From assembly GCA_964464405.1 (NCBI GenBank), contig CAYXFX010000003.1, forward strand, positions 6,410 through 70,409: a stretch of 64,000 nt of DNA, read 5' to 3'. Made by a program: the position numbers and the translations under genes. The notes under the pieces were generated by a model. The model ran no database searches and had not been told where the DNA came from. It worked only from the letters and a program-made list of their open reading frames with translations. This document shows positions 28,654 through 37,092 of this stretch, in pieces; within the stretch, counting starts at the first letter, position 1; each line of letters starts with the position of its first letter. This DNA is from an uncultured Candidatus Saccharibacteria bacterium. GTDB taxonomy: Bacteria > Patescibacteriota > Minisyncoccia > UBA11713 > 2-01-FULL-45-33.

Positions 28654-29097
28654 ATGCAATACCAAGTACCACAATTTATAGAAGTAGAAGATAAAATTTT
28701 CGGGCCGTTAACCGGAAAACAATTTTTCTATATCTTAGGCGGAGGAGCTATTATATTCATTATGTACATTTACCTGCAGCTTTGGGTTGTTATTCTTTTT
28801 GGCATACCTGTCGCTGGCCTTACTGCCTCTTTAGCGTTTTTAAAAATCAACGGAATGCCTTTTATAAAAGTTTTAAATAATGCAGTCGGATACGCAGTTT
28901 CGTCCCGGCTTTACCTTTGGAAAAAAAGTACAAAACTATCGGCGTCCCTGAAATTTGAAACTAAATCTGGCGAGAAGTCGGACTTTTTGCCAGCCAACAT
29001 CCCAACAACCATTCCCGAAGCTGCTCCAAAACTTACAGAAAACAAATTACAAGATTTAGCATGGTCGCTCGACATTAAGCAGCAAATTAAACGTTAG
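28654..29097 (+). CDS. PrgI-family / VirB3-like small membrane protein
   Basis: MQYQVPQFIEVEDKIFGPLTGKQFFYILGG + 2 TM, typical of PrgI-like proteins that precede VirB4 in Gram-positive-type T4SS. Confidence 0.5.
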   Translation: MQYQVPQFIEVEDKIFGPLTGKQFFYILGGGAIIFIMYIYLQLWVVILFGIPVAGLTASLAFLKINGMPFIKVLNNAVGYAVSSRLYLWKKSTKLSASLKFETKSGEKSDFLPANIPTTIPEAAPKLTENKLQDLAWSLDIKQQIKR

Positions 29098-29110
29098 CCA
29101 TTTAACCATT

Positions 29111-29761
29111 ATGGTCCAAGCGCAACCCACACAAAATATATTAAAAATAGAAGAAATAAGAGACGGGGTCTTAATTTTAAAAGACGGATCTTACCGCGCG
29201 ATTTTAATGGCATCGTCCTTGAATTTCGCGTTAAAAAGTACGGAAGAACAGAATGCAATTATTTACCAGTATCAAAATTTTTTAAACTCACTCGACTTTT
29301 CCGTTCAATTCTTTATTGAATCAAGAAATTTAAATATTGAGCCCTATATCGAAACCTTAAAAGAAACGGAATCAAAACAGACAAACGACCTTTTAAAAAT
29401 TCAAATTACTGAATACATAGATTTCGTCCGCACTTTCGTACGCGCTGCGAATATTGTATCAAAAAGTTTCTTTGTTGTGGTTCCTTTTTCTCCGCCCTTA
29501 TTTAATACGCCGCAGGAGGGATTAAAAAATGTTTTCGGCGGATTTTTCGGAAAAAATAAAAATGTAGATGCAAATAAATTAGATCAGGAAAAGTTTGAAG
29601 AATATAAAACGCAGCTTTGGCAAAGGGTGGACAACGTAATTCAAGGGCTTGTTAGAATGGGAGTAAAAACCGTTCCATTAAATACGGAGGAAATAATAGA
29701 ATTGTTCTACGGATTATATAATCCTGGAGAGCTAGAAAAAGGAAAGCCACCTATGGCGTAA
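29111..29761 (+). CDS. VirB4-like ATPase, N-terminal fragment (216 aa); terminated by in-frame TAA-TGA
   Basis: ILKIEEIRDGVLILKDGSYRAILMASSLNFALKSTEEQNAIIYQYQNFLNSLDF resembles the extreme N-terminal region of Gram-positive-type VirB4 (TrsE/PrgJ-like). Same reading frame as the downstream ORF. Confidence 0.45.
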   Translation: MVQAQPTQNILKIEEIRDGVLILKDGSYRAILMASSLNFALKSTEEQNAIIYQYQNFLNSLDFSVQFFIESRNLNIEPYIETLKETESKQTNDLLKIQITEYIDFVRTFVRAANIVSKSFFVVVPFSPPLFNTPQEGLKNVFGGFFGKNKNVDANKLDQEKFEEYKTQLWQRVDNVIQGLVRMGVKTVPLNTEEIIELFYGLYNPGELEKGKPPMA

Positions 29762-29803
29762 TGAGTCACTAAACATAAAACATTAAATACAAAGATAAAA
29801 AAT

Positions 29804-31618
29804 ATGCTTGGATTTGGAAAAAAAGAAAAAGAACCAGAGTTAACGCCAGTTTTCCCAGAGGAAATTTACCGCGCGGGCGTGCTAGATTTAAAAGACGTTA
29901 TTGCGCCTTCGGCTCTTGAGATTACTTCGAATTTCGTGCGTTTAGGAGAAAAACTCGCGCGCACTATGTTTGTTTTTGCTTTTCCAAGATTTCTTTCATC
30001 TAACTGGTTTGCACCGATAATAAACTTAGACAAAGTTATGGACGTATCTATGTATATACATCCCGTAGACACATCCATGGTTTTAAAACGCCTCGAAAGG
30101 AAAGTTGCGGAAGTGCAATCGCAAATTACTGTGCGCCAAGATAAAGGCCTTGTAAGAGATCCTGTGCTAGACACCGCTTATCAAGATTTGGAATCTTTGA
30201 GAGATCGGCTTCAGCAGGCACAGGAAAAACTTTTCAGCTTTGGTCTTTATATAACTGTTTACGGAAACACGAACGAGGAACTCGATAAATTGGAGAAAGA
30301 AATCAAATCAATGCTTGAATCGCGCCTTGTTTACGTAAAACCGGCGCTCTTCCAGCAAAAAGAGGGGATAGATTCTGTTTTTCCGATGCTTGATGACGTC
30401 ATAAAAATTAATAGTTACTTAAATTCATCTCCCGTATCCAGCGTTTTTCCGTTCGTATCTTTCGACCTTACTTCAAATAAGGGAATACTTTATGGAATTA
30501 ACGCGCATAATAATTCTTTGGTTTTGTTTGATCGTTTTAGTTTGGAAAATTATAATTCCGTGATTTTTGCCAAAGCCGGCGCGGGAAAATCCTATGCAAC
30601 AAAGCTGGAAATTATGAGGTCTTTGATGTTTGATACGGAAGTAATAGTAATTGATCCTGAGCGAGAATACGAATATCTAGCAGAAGCAGTTGGCGGAAGA
30701 TATTTTAATATTTCGCTTTCCTCAAAGCACCACATAAATCCATTCGATCTACCTATGCCTAGAGAAGACGAATCTCCGTCAGATGTTTTGCGGTCGCATA
30801 TCATCAACCTTGTTGGCCTCTTTAGAATCATGCTCGGAGGAATTTCTCCAGAAGAAGATGCAATTATTGATCGCGCAATAACCGAAACATATGCTTCGCG
30901 TGACATAACTCCGGATAGCGATTTCTCTAAAGCCGTTCCTCCGATTCTTTCAGATTTAGAACTTGTGCTTGCAAATATGGAGGGAGGAGAATCTCTCGCG
31001 CAAAGACTTAGGAAATTTACGCAAGGAACATGGGCTGGATTTATAAACCAGCCGACAAATGTCGATATCAACCAAAAATTTATTGTATTTTCGGTACGAG
31101 ATATGGAAGATGATCTTCGGCCGGTTGCAATGTACATTATTATACATTTCATATGGAGCGCAATCCGCGCAGAAATTAAAAAAAGGATTCTTGTTGTGGA
31201 CGAGGCGTGGTGGATTATGAAAAATGAAGACGGAGCATCTTTTCTTTTCGGTATCGCAAAACGAGCAAGAAAATATTATTTAGGCCTTACAACAATTACG
31301 CAGGATGTTTCGGACTTTTTAAATTCGCCTTACGGTAAACCGCTAATCACGAACTCCTCAATACAGATGCTTTTGCGCCAAGCTCCGGCAAGTATTGATA
31401 TTTTAAAAGAAACTTTTAATTTAACTGACGAAGAAAAATTTTTACTTTTAGAATCAGATGTGGGAGAGGGAATATTCTTTGCCGGCTTAAAACATGTGGC
31501 AATAAAAATTTTAGCTTCCTACACAGAAGATCAAATAATTACTTCTGATCCGGCGCAGCTTTTGGCAATTAAAAAAGCAAAAGCTCAATTTTTAGCAGAA
31601 CCAAAAAACGTAATGTAA
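29804..31618 (+). CDS. VirB4/TrbE/CagE-family type IV secretion ATPase (604-aa segment)
   Basis: IAPSALEITSNFVRLGEKLARTMFVFAFPR (VirB4 DUF87-like region), Walker A AKAGAGKSYATKLE, Walker B ILVVDEAWW. Confidence 0.8.
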   Translation: MLGFGKKEKEPELTPVFPEEIYRAGVLDLKDVIAPSALEITSNFVRLGEKLARTMFVFAFPRFLSSNWFAPIINLDKVMDVSMYIHPVDTSMVLKRLERKVAEVQSQITVRQDKGLVRDPVLDTAYQDLESLRDRLQQAQEKLFSFGLYITVYGNTNEELDKLEKEIKSMLESRLVYVKPALFQQKEGIDSVFPMLDDVIKINSYLNSSPVSSVFPFVSFDLTSNKGILYGINAHNNSLVLFDRFSLENYNSVIFAKAGAGKSYATKLEIMRSLMFDTEVIVIDPEREYEYLAEAVGGRYFNISLSSKHHINPFDLPMPREDESPSDVLRSHIINLVGLFRIMLGGISPEEDAIIDRAITETYASRDITPDSDFSKAVPPILSDLELVLANMEGGESLAQRLRKFTQGTWAGFINQPTNVDINQKFIVFSVRDMEDDLRPVAMYIIIHFIWSAIRAEIKKRILVVDEAWWIMKNEDGASFLFGIAKRARKYYLGLTTITQDVSDFLNSPYGKPLITNSSIQMLLRQAPASIDILKETFNLTDEEKFLLLESDVGEGIFFAGLKHVAIKILASYTEDQIITSDPAQLLAIKKAKAQFLAEPKNVM

Positions 31619-31660
31619 CCACCTCTTCCACCCCTTTACGAAAAGGGGTTTGGGAGAGGC
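31619..31660. repeat. Diverged copy of the GC-rich palindromic element immediately after the VirB4 stop
   Basis: ccacctcttccacccctttacgaaaaggggtttgggagagg would read PPLPPLYEKGFGRG in the VirB4 frame. Confidence 0.4.
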
Positions 31661-31696
31661 AATAACAATGATAAAATTAGATTAAGATAAATAATA

Positions 31697-32677
31697 ATGA
31701 ACGGTTTAAGTAAAATATTAATAGTCAGTTCGTTACTGCTAATCGCATTCTATGCAGAAGCTCTTACAATTTCAACCGATAATTTGGTGTTGTCTCCTTC
31801 TCCCGCATATCCCAAAGCGAATTCTGAATTTATTATAAAAGCAAAAACATTTTCTTTTGACGCAACTCGCGCGCGTTTTACGTGGTATCTTGATGGTAAA
31901 AAAATCGACGAAGGAACAGGGTTAACCGAACAAACATTTGTGGCAAGAAAGCTTGGATCAAAAATGAATATCCGCGCGGCAGTCCTATCCGCAGATGGGG
32001 AATATTTTGAGGACAGCATCACGATTTCGGTTTCCGATATAGATTTAATTATTTCTCCGCTTACATATACTCCTCCTTTTTATAGAGGCGCGCCCCTAGC
32101 TTCTCCCGGAAGTGTGGTTGAAATTATCGCGATCCCGCATTTATATTCTGGCTCTGCAAGAATTAATCCCCAAAGTTTGATTTACGAATGGTCGTTAAAT
32201 AATAAACCAGTTCAAAATCAATCCGGGGGAGGTAAAAACATACTTTCACTTAAATTAGCGGACGTTTCAAATAGTGAACAAGTTGTTACCTTAAAAGCGA
32301 GCACTGTTTCCGGAAACACGTCTGTTGAAAGAAATGTGCGCGTTAGAACATACCAGCCAGAAATACTTTTTTACGAAACAAATTCCGTAACCGGCAAAAA
32401 AGTAAAAGCTTCATCTTTTTTTAATTTTACTCCAGCAAGCTCTTTTTCAATATTAGCCGAGCCATTTTATATGGCTTTGGAATCTCTTTTAAAATCAAAA
32501 TTCACATGGTTTGTAAACGGAAATATTTTTTCGGAAAACGCAAAAAACCCGTTGGTGTTAGATTTAACTGCTCCACCGGATTCGGAATCACAAACAAATT
32601 TTTCTTTAAAAATCGAAGATGTAGGCACTCTTTTTCAAAGAGTAAGCGGAATTTTAACGGTTAGAATAACAAAATGA
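31697..32677 (+). CDS. Secreted hypothetical protein (326 aa), beta-rich
   Basis: Signal peptide; no recognised domain. Confidence 0.45.
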   Translation: MNGLSKILIVSSLLLIAFYAEALTISTDNLVLSPSPAYPKANSEFIIKAKTFSFDATRARFTWYLDGKKIDEGTGLTEQTFVARKLGSKMNIRAAVLSADGEYFEDSITISVSDIDLIISPLTYTPPFYRGAPLASPGSVVEIIAIPHLYSGSARINPQSLIYEWSLNNKPVQNQSGGGKNILSLKLADVSNSEQVVTLKASTVSGNTSVERNVRVRTYQPEILFYETNSVTGKKVKASSFFNFTPASSFSILAEPFYMALESLLKSKFTWFVNGNIFSENAKNPLVLDLTAPPDSESQTNFSLKIEDVGTLFQRVSGILTVRITK

Positions 32678-33492
32678 ACATTTTAAAAAATTTTAAAAAA
32701 AACACAAGGGGAAGAGGTGGGGGGAAGTCGCTCCAATATGTTTTCGGAGTTCTCGTTATTTTTATGCTTCTTATAACCATATCTAGCCCCACACTCGCCG
32801 CTGAAGATAATGCGACTTACAAACTAATACAGCCGCTTCCGGGAACTCCGGGAAGCGGAGGACCAATAACGGATGTGGGGGGAGATATGCCTTTTGCGCA
32901 ATATATGCAGCGTATCATTCCTTTTATTCTGGCATTTGCAGCGCTTTTAGCTTTGGTGCAAATTGTGGTAGGTGGTTTCGAATATGGGCTTTCCGCAATA
33001 CCGGGCATAAAAGTTGAAGGGAAAGATAGGATAACTAGCGCGCTTTGGGGACTTGGGCTTGCGTTAATTTCTTGGCTGATACTCCGCACAATCAATCCGG
33101 ATTTGGTAAATTTGAAATTTTTTGTACCACGCCCAGTTGGTTTATCGTCACAATCGTCCCCGCCCACACAATCTACAAAAACAAACGATTTACAGCAAAG
33201 TGGCGCCGTAGAAGTAACAAATCCGAACAGCCGTGGTCCGATTTGCCCACCAGGATCAGATAAAACTTGTGATAGAAACCAGAAGTGCGCACTTAATATG
33301 AATGGTACGAATTATGTGTGTGTAAATACAAATGCAGCACAGTCTGCCGACTCAAAAACTGCATTTTTTTGTTCAGCAAACACAAATATTTGTGCATCTT
33401 TTGGAGGAACAATCGCCCCCGGCCTCGCAAATTGTGGAAAATGTAACTCTGGTTATATTTGCTGTGAAAGAAAAGAGTCTATACCAAAATAA
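32674..33492 (+). CDS. Membrane protein (3 TM) with C-terminal Cys-rich extracellular domain; candidate T4SS pilin-like component
   Basis: TM helices then 14 Cys in the last 90 aa (CPPGSDKTCDRNQKCALN...CGKCNSGYICCERK). The N-terminus (NTRGRGGGKS) resembles a partial GC-rich element. Confidence 0.4.
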   Translation: MNILKNFKKNTRGRGGGKSLQYVFGVLVIFMLLITISSPTLAAEDNATYKLIQPLPGTPGSGGPITDVGGDMPFAQYMQRIIPFILAFAALLALVQIVVGGFEYGLSAIPGIKVEGKDRITSALWGLGLALISWLILRTINPDLVNLKFFVPRPVGLSSQSSPPTQSTKTNDLQQSGAVEVTNPNSRGPICPPGSDKTCDRNQKCALNMNGTNYVCVNTNAAQSADSKTAFFCSANTNICASFGGTIAPGLANCGKCNSGYICCERKESIPK

Positions 33493-33495
33493 AAC

Positions 33496-34725
33496 ATGCA
33501 AAATTTATTAACAAAAAAGAATTTAATAATCGCAGTTGTATCAATTTTAATTATTGTTGGTATTATCATTTTCTTTGCCAGAAAAAATGGTGATAACGAA
33601 AATTCAAATAGTGGAGGATTTTTTGGACTCTTTCCAGCAAGCGAAGAGCCGTCTGTAACCGCACCGTCCGAAACACCCGCCTCGTCGGCGGGCGAGTCGG
33701 ATGTTTCCGCATCCGGAGTTTCCCAAACCCAATCCACATCGACCCCTCCGATCGGAACAATGTTTAGAATTACTGACAATGCTGTTTCTTCACTGGTCGG
33801 GACAAAATCCGGAAACATAAGATATCACAAAAATACACCTGAAAATATCGGGCATTTGTTTGAAAGAAGCGCCGAAGGAAAATCGGAAGAAAAACGTCTT
33901 TCAAATTTCACCATTCCGCAGATTACGAAAGTCGTCTGGTCGCCAGACGCAACGCGCGCTTTGATATTTTATAATTTGGACGGAGAAATAAGAAAAATTT
34001 TGATTGATTACAGATCAACATCAACCCCCAAAACCAATTTCCTTCCGGATGGAATTTTGGACGCCGCATTTTCTCCTGATTCAAAATCTATTGCTTATAT
34101 AAATAGCGAAAATGGTGTTTTTATTGCGACTTCAGATTTTAAATCTCCCAAGAAAATAACGAATAGCGAGGTTTCTAACCCGGAAATCAGCTGGCCTTCA
34201 CCAAATTTTTTATCTTTGAAAACAAAATCTTCGTACGCTTCGCGCGGATATTTATACAAAATGGATATTCGCACAGAAACTCTCGAAAAAATTGCGGAAG
34301 GGTTGGGATTAGATGCCGTTTGGTCCGGTGACGGTTTGGGAGTTTTATATTCGACAGTAAATAGCGCGGGAGAAATGCAAAATTTAATCTACTTAAATAC
34401 AAAAACCGGCGAGAAAAAAGAAATTTTAATTAAGACAGTGGCGGAAAAATGTGCCTTTTTAAATTCGATCAAAACTGTAGCTTACTGCGGCGTCCCCAAG
34501 CTGGATTCCAACGTACTTTCTCAAAAATATCCTGATTCTTGGTGGCAAGGCAGAACTTCTTTTATAGACGATTTTTGGTTATTTGACGTGGCGACAAATC
34601 AATTAGCAAGCTTTATTGCGACTTCATTTGATGTTATTAATCCTAAGCTGATGAGCGACGACTCGTATCTAATTTTTCAGGATAAAATTTCCGGATCATT
34701 ATGGAGTTTGAAACTTAAAATATAA
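33496..34725 (+). CDS. Membrane-anchored TolB-like beta-propeller protein
   Basis: N-terminal TM; repeated WSPD/FSPD PD40-like motifs (VVWSPDATRALIFYN, AAFSPDSKSIAYINS). Confidence 0.5.
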   Translation: MQNLLTKKNLIIAVVSILIIVGIIIFFARKNGDNENSNSGGFFGLFPASEEPSVTAPSETPASSAGESDVSASGVSQTQSTSTPPIGTMFRITDNAVSSLVGTKSGNIRYHKNTPENIGHLFERSAEGKSEEKRLSNFTIPQITKVVWSPDATRALIFYNLDGEIRKILIDYRSTSTPKTNFLPDGILDAAFSPDSKSIAYINSENGVFIATSDFKSPKKITNSEVSNPEISWPSPNFLSLKTKSSYASRGYLYKMDIRTETLEKIAEGLGLDAVWSGDGLGVLYSTVNSAGEMQNLIYLNTKTGEKKEILIKTVAEKCAFLNSIKTVAYCGVPKLDSNVLSQKYPDSWWQGRTSFIDDFWLFDVATNQLASFIATSFDVINPKLMSDDSYLIFQDKISGSLWSLKLKI

Positions 34726-34751
34726 ACACGATAATATTAGTATCGCATATT

Positions 34752-35525
34752 ATGTTTGACGAACTTAAAAAAATTGGATTATCAGAAAACGAGGCGCGTG
34801 TTTATTGCGCACTTCTTGAGTTAGGATCAGCAACTGCGCAAGAAGTTGCGAAAAAAGCCGATGTTAAACGCGCTACGACTTATGTTCAATTGGATTCTCT
34901 TATGAAAATAGGCTTGGTAACATCTTTTGAAAAAACCCCCGAAAGAAAAAATGGAGCAGGTAAGACATACTTCCGCGCGGAAGATCCATCATATTTAGAA
35001 AAAATTGTCGAGCGCGAAAAGAAAACAGCAGAAGACCGCGAAAAGGTTTTGAGAGAAATACTTCCGGCGCTAGAAAAAGTGTTTTTATCTTCTGGCGAGC
35101 GCCCTCGCGTAAGATTTTTTGAAGGAGTGGAAGGCCTCCGCACAATGCAGGATGAGTTTTTGAAGTCAAAATCGAAAGAAGCAGTTGGCTTTTCTTCGGC
35201 TGATGACATTTTAAGAATTTTTCCTTCGCATCCTTCCGAATATTCTCCGAGGCGGGTAAAAAGCAGGATACATTCTAAAGTGATCTATACAAGCTCTAAA
35301 GGAAAAATTCTTAAAGAAGTAGACCAAGAAATGATGCGCGAGGCTCGTTTCGTGCCGGAAGCTAAATTTCCTTTTACATGCGATGTTGTCATTTATGATA
35401 ATAAAGTCGCAATTTCTGCTTTAAGTAAAAAACCAATGGGCGTAATAGTTGAAAGTGAAGAAATAACTGAATCATTCCGTTCAATGTTTGCGCTTGCTTG
35501 GGAAGCTGCTGAAAAATATCAATAA
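34752..35525 (+). CDS. TrmB-family HTH transcriptional regulator
   Basis: MFDELKKIGLSENEARVYCALLELGSATAQEVAKKADVKRATTYVQLDSLMKIGLV wHTH plus a TrmB C-terminal domain. Confidence 0.65.
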   Translation: MFDELKKIGLSENEARVYCALLELGSATAQEVAKKADVKRATTYVQLDSLMKIGLVTSFEKTPERKNGAGKTYFRAEDPSYLEKIVEREKKTAEDREKVLREILPALEKVFLSSGERPRVRFFEGVEGLRTMQDEFLKSKSKEAVGFSSADDILRIFPSHPSEYSPRRVKSRIHSKVIYTSSKGKILKEVDQEMMREARFVPEAKFPFTCDVVIYDNKVAISALSKKPMGVIVESEEITESFRSMFALAWEAAEKYQ

Positions 35526-35526
35526 A

Positions 35527-35703
35527 AAAGCCGGGGGCGTTCGACGGCCCCCGTAAGGAGAAAAAAATAAAAATTTTTTTCTTTCTTTTTTTATTTTTTC
35601 ACATTAATTCCCGCCATAATATGGCGGAAAAAAACACATCAACCTCCCAGGTTTAGAACAACATCCGACCACCTCCTTTCTGATAATCCGCACCTCATAT
35701 CCC
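35527..35703 (-). ncRNA. Candidate small RNA (about 175 nt) with its own consensus promoter and an intrinsic terminator
   Basis: Promoter P3 on the minus strand (tgtcaa 35731-35736 / attata 35709-35714 in plus coordinates). Internal hairpin ccgccauauuauggcgg. Terminator cgggggccgucgaacgcccccg followed by UUUUUU (35553-35525). No ORF. Confidence 0.35.
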
Positions 35704-35864
35704 ATCTAATTATACTCCTTTTATATGTTTTGTCAAATTATTTGGGCAGAATTGAATTACATGCTTAATTACGAACTGCCGCGCTTCAACAACATTTCAT
35801 AAAGAAAAAAACGGCTTAAAATAAAGCGCTTTTGTGAACTTTTACACAAAAGAGCCATAAACGC

Positions 35865-35892
35865 TTGACAAACTTCTACAAAGGAGTATAAT
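35865..35892 (+). promoter_or_regulatory. Consensus promoter P2 (TTGACAAAC..AAAGGAGTATAAT), divergent from P3
   Basis: TTGACA-N16-TATAAT with the same extended motif as P1 and P3. Confidence 0.5.
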
Positions 35893-35903
35893 GCTATTTA
35901 GTT

Positions 35904-36590
35904 AAGTTGAAATAACGACTTAACCGAAAGGGGTGGTATGGAATATGGGCAAAAACTAAAATAATAGCCCGAACCACAACCACTTCAAGGTTTCGCCCTT
36001 TAGGCGGACAAGTTTGATAAAAAAGTCATGGGTGGTTCCTCTCATCCCGCCGAAAGGCAGGCAAGCTAGAGAGGAGACTAGGGGATAATGTGACCCCTCG
36101 CCTCCTCTTTAAAGAGGAACAAGATATGCGAGATATTCTCGCAGCGCTCAAGGGCGCTAGGTTAATCGCTAAAACCTACGCCGCGGAGCAAAGGATAGCC
36201 CACTATCTTTTGCCGAACGGTCAGGTTGCGGAGGTTACCCGGCGGGTTAGGCCCAAAGAGCGCAAAAATATCCTGGTAGCCCGTCCCAGGTTGCGCTAAA
36301 TAGCGCGTAAAAATGAAGGCTTGCGGGTTTGTGTGTTCCTGCATAGGTGAGCCAGAAATCATCTAAAAATTAGAACACTCCTCGGGGCGGCGGTTAGCCC
36401 TGATAGGAAGTCAACGCACTTCCGACTTCCATCAAAATTCATTTTAATGCTAAAAATTAAAACGGATTTTAATGGGAGTAGGTGAGCCTGAGTGCTTTGC
36501 ACAAGCGGAAGCTAAGAGTTGTCTGCAAGGTGATTAACTCCGGGCTTACGTAATCGTCCACCCACCGCTCTCTTAGCCCTTTTCAAAATA
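35904..36590 (+). ncRNA. GC-rich, densely structured non-coding region; candidate stable RNA(s), possibly including RNase P RNA (P4-like strands AGCCCG at 36283-36288 and ACUCCGGGCUUA at 36540-36551)
   Basis: GC content far above flanks. Chain of hairpins including a GAAA tetraloop (gccGAAAggc). 3' motif aACUCCGGGCUUA resembles the RNase P CR-V ACAGAANCCGGCUUA; AUAGGUGAGCCAGAAAUC resembles AUAGGGCAGG..GCCAGGUAAC. rnpA is 2 kb away. ORFs in the track here look spurious. Confidence 0.3.
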
Positions 36591-36611
36591 AAAAAAATTT
36601 AAGGAGGAAAA

Positions 36612-36848
36612 ATGTTAAATCAGAAGCTTAGTTTGGTGTTGGCAGGTTTGTTGTCAATTTGGTTTCTTTGTTTGGGGCTTGCGATCCTCACCCGCCAGCA
36701 CAGTTGGTTTCTTCGTTTTTCTCGCCGCCAGGCAGCCAGACCATTTCGCTGGATCTGGCGCCACTGGCATACGCAGATTACCTGGGCGCTCATCGGTGCA
36801 GGCGTCCTCCTCTATTATCTCGTTTCCACCAACCGCATTGCTCCTTGA
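36612..36848 (+). CDS. Small two-TM membrane protein (78 aa) with strong SD (AAGGAGG) and a downstream terminator; GC-rich
   Basis: AAGGAGG 7 nt upstream of ATG; hydrophobic-RW rich-hydrophobic architecture; intrinsic terminator at 36950-36983. Confidence 0.35.
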   Translation: MLNQKLSLVLAGLLSIWFLCLGLAILTRQHSWFLRFSRRQAARPFRWIWRHWHTQITWALIGAGVLLYYLVSTNRIAP

Positions 36849-36949
36849 AGCAATGCCCCTACCAAAGTTTTGTATGCAATCAGTGTTCTATAAGTACGCT
36901 CATATTAATAAAAAATTTTGGTAGGATTAAAAAAGGTTATGACCGCAAC

Positions 36950-36983
36950 CGCGCCAAGCAACAGCTTCGGCGCGATATTTTTT
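36950..36983 (+). terminator. Rho-independent terminator (cgcgccaagc-aaca-gcttcggcgcg + TATTTTTT)
   Basis: 10-bp GC-rich stem with a tetraloop, then a T-run. Confidence 0.5.
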
Positions 36984-37092
36984 AAATAAATCGAGATGTT
37001 GATTTTTCACAAAAAACAAGTTAAGCTCTTGTAGGTAAAAAAGAGAAAAGGAGAATAAGACGTTTAAAAAACTAAATAATCAGCTCGAAAAA

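Noticed and set aside
27440-28674. Reverse-strand ORFs 27440..27703, 28084..28674 etc. within the T4SS cluster
   Set aside because: They lie opposite plus-strand genes that are translationally coupled to their neighbours. Their Gly/Ser-rich translations are mirror images of the Pro-rich sense strand.
29759-29764. Alternative genetic code (code 25, UGA=Gly) as an explanation for the VirB4 interruption
   Set aside because: TGA clearly terminates other genes (e.g. the HAMP gene at 16765-16767), and long ORFs are not fragmented by TGA. The first stop is TAA anyway.
35904-36300. tmRNA (ssrA) hypothesis for the 5' half of the structured locus
   Set aside because: There is no tRNA-like T-arm (GGUUCGANUCC) or CCA-proximal acceptor pairing, and no internal tag ORF ending in ...AA-stop in any frame.
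36090-36362. ORFs 36090..36299 (+) and 36162..36362 (-) inside the GC-rich structured region
   Set aside because: They have no RBS and are Arg/Ala/Pro-rich translations typical of GC-rich non-coding RNA. The region is better explained as structured RNA.
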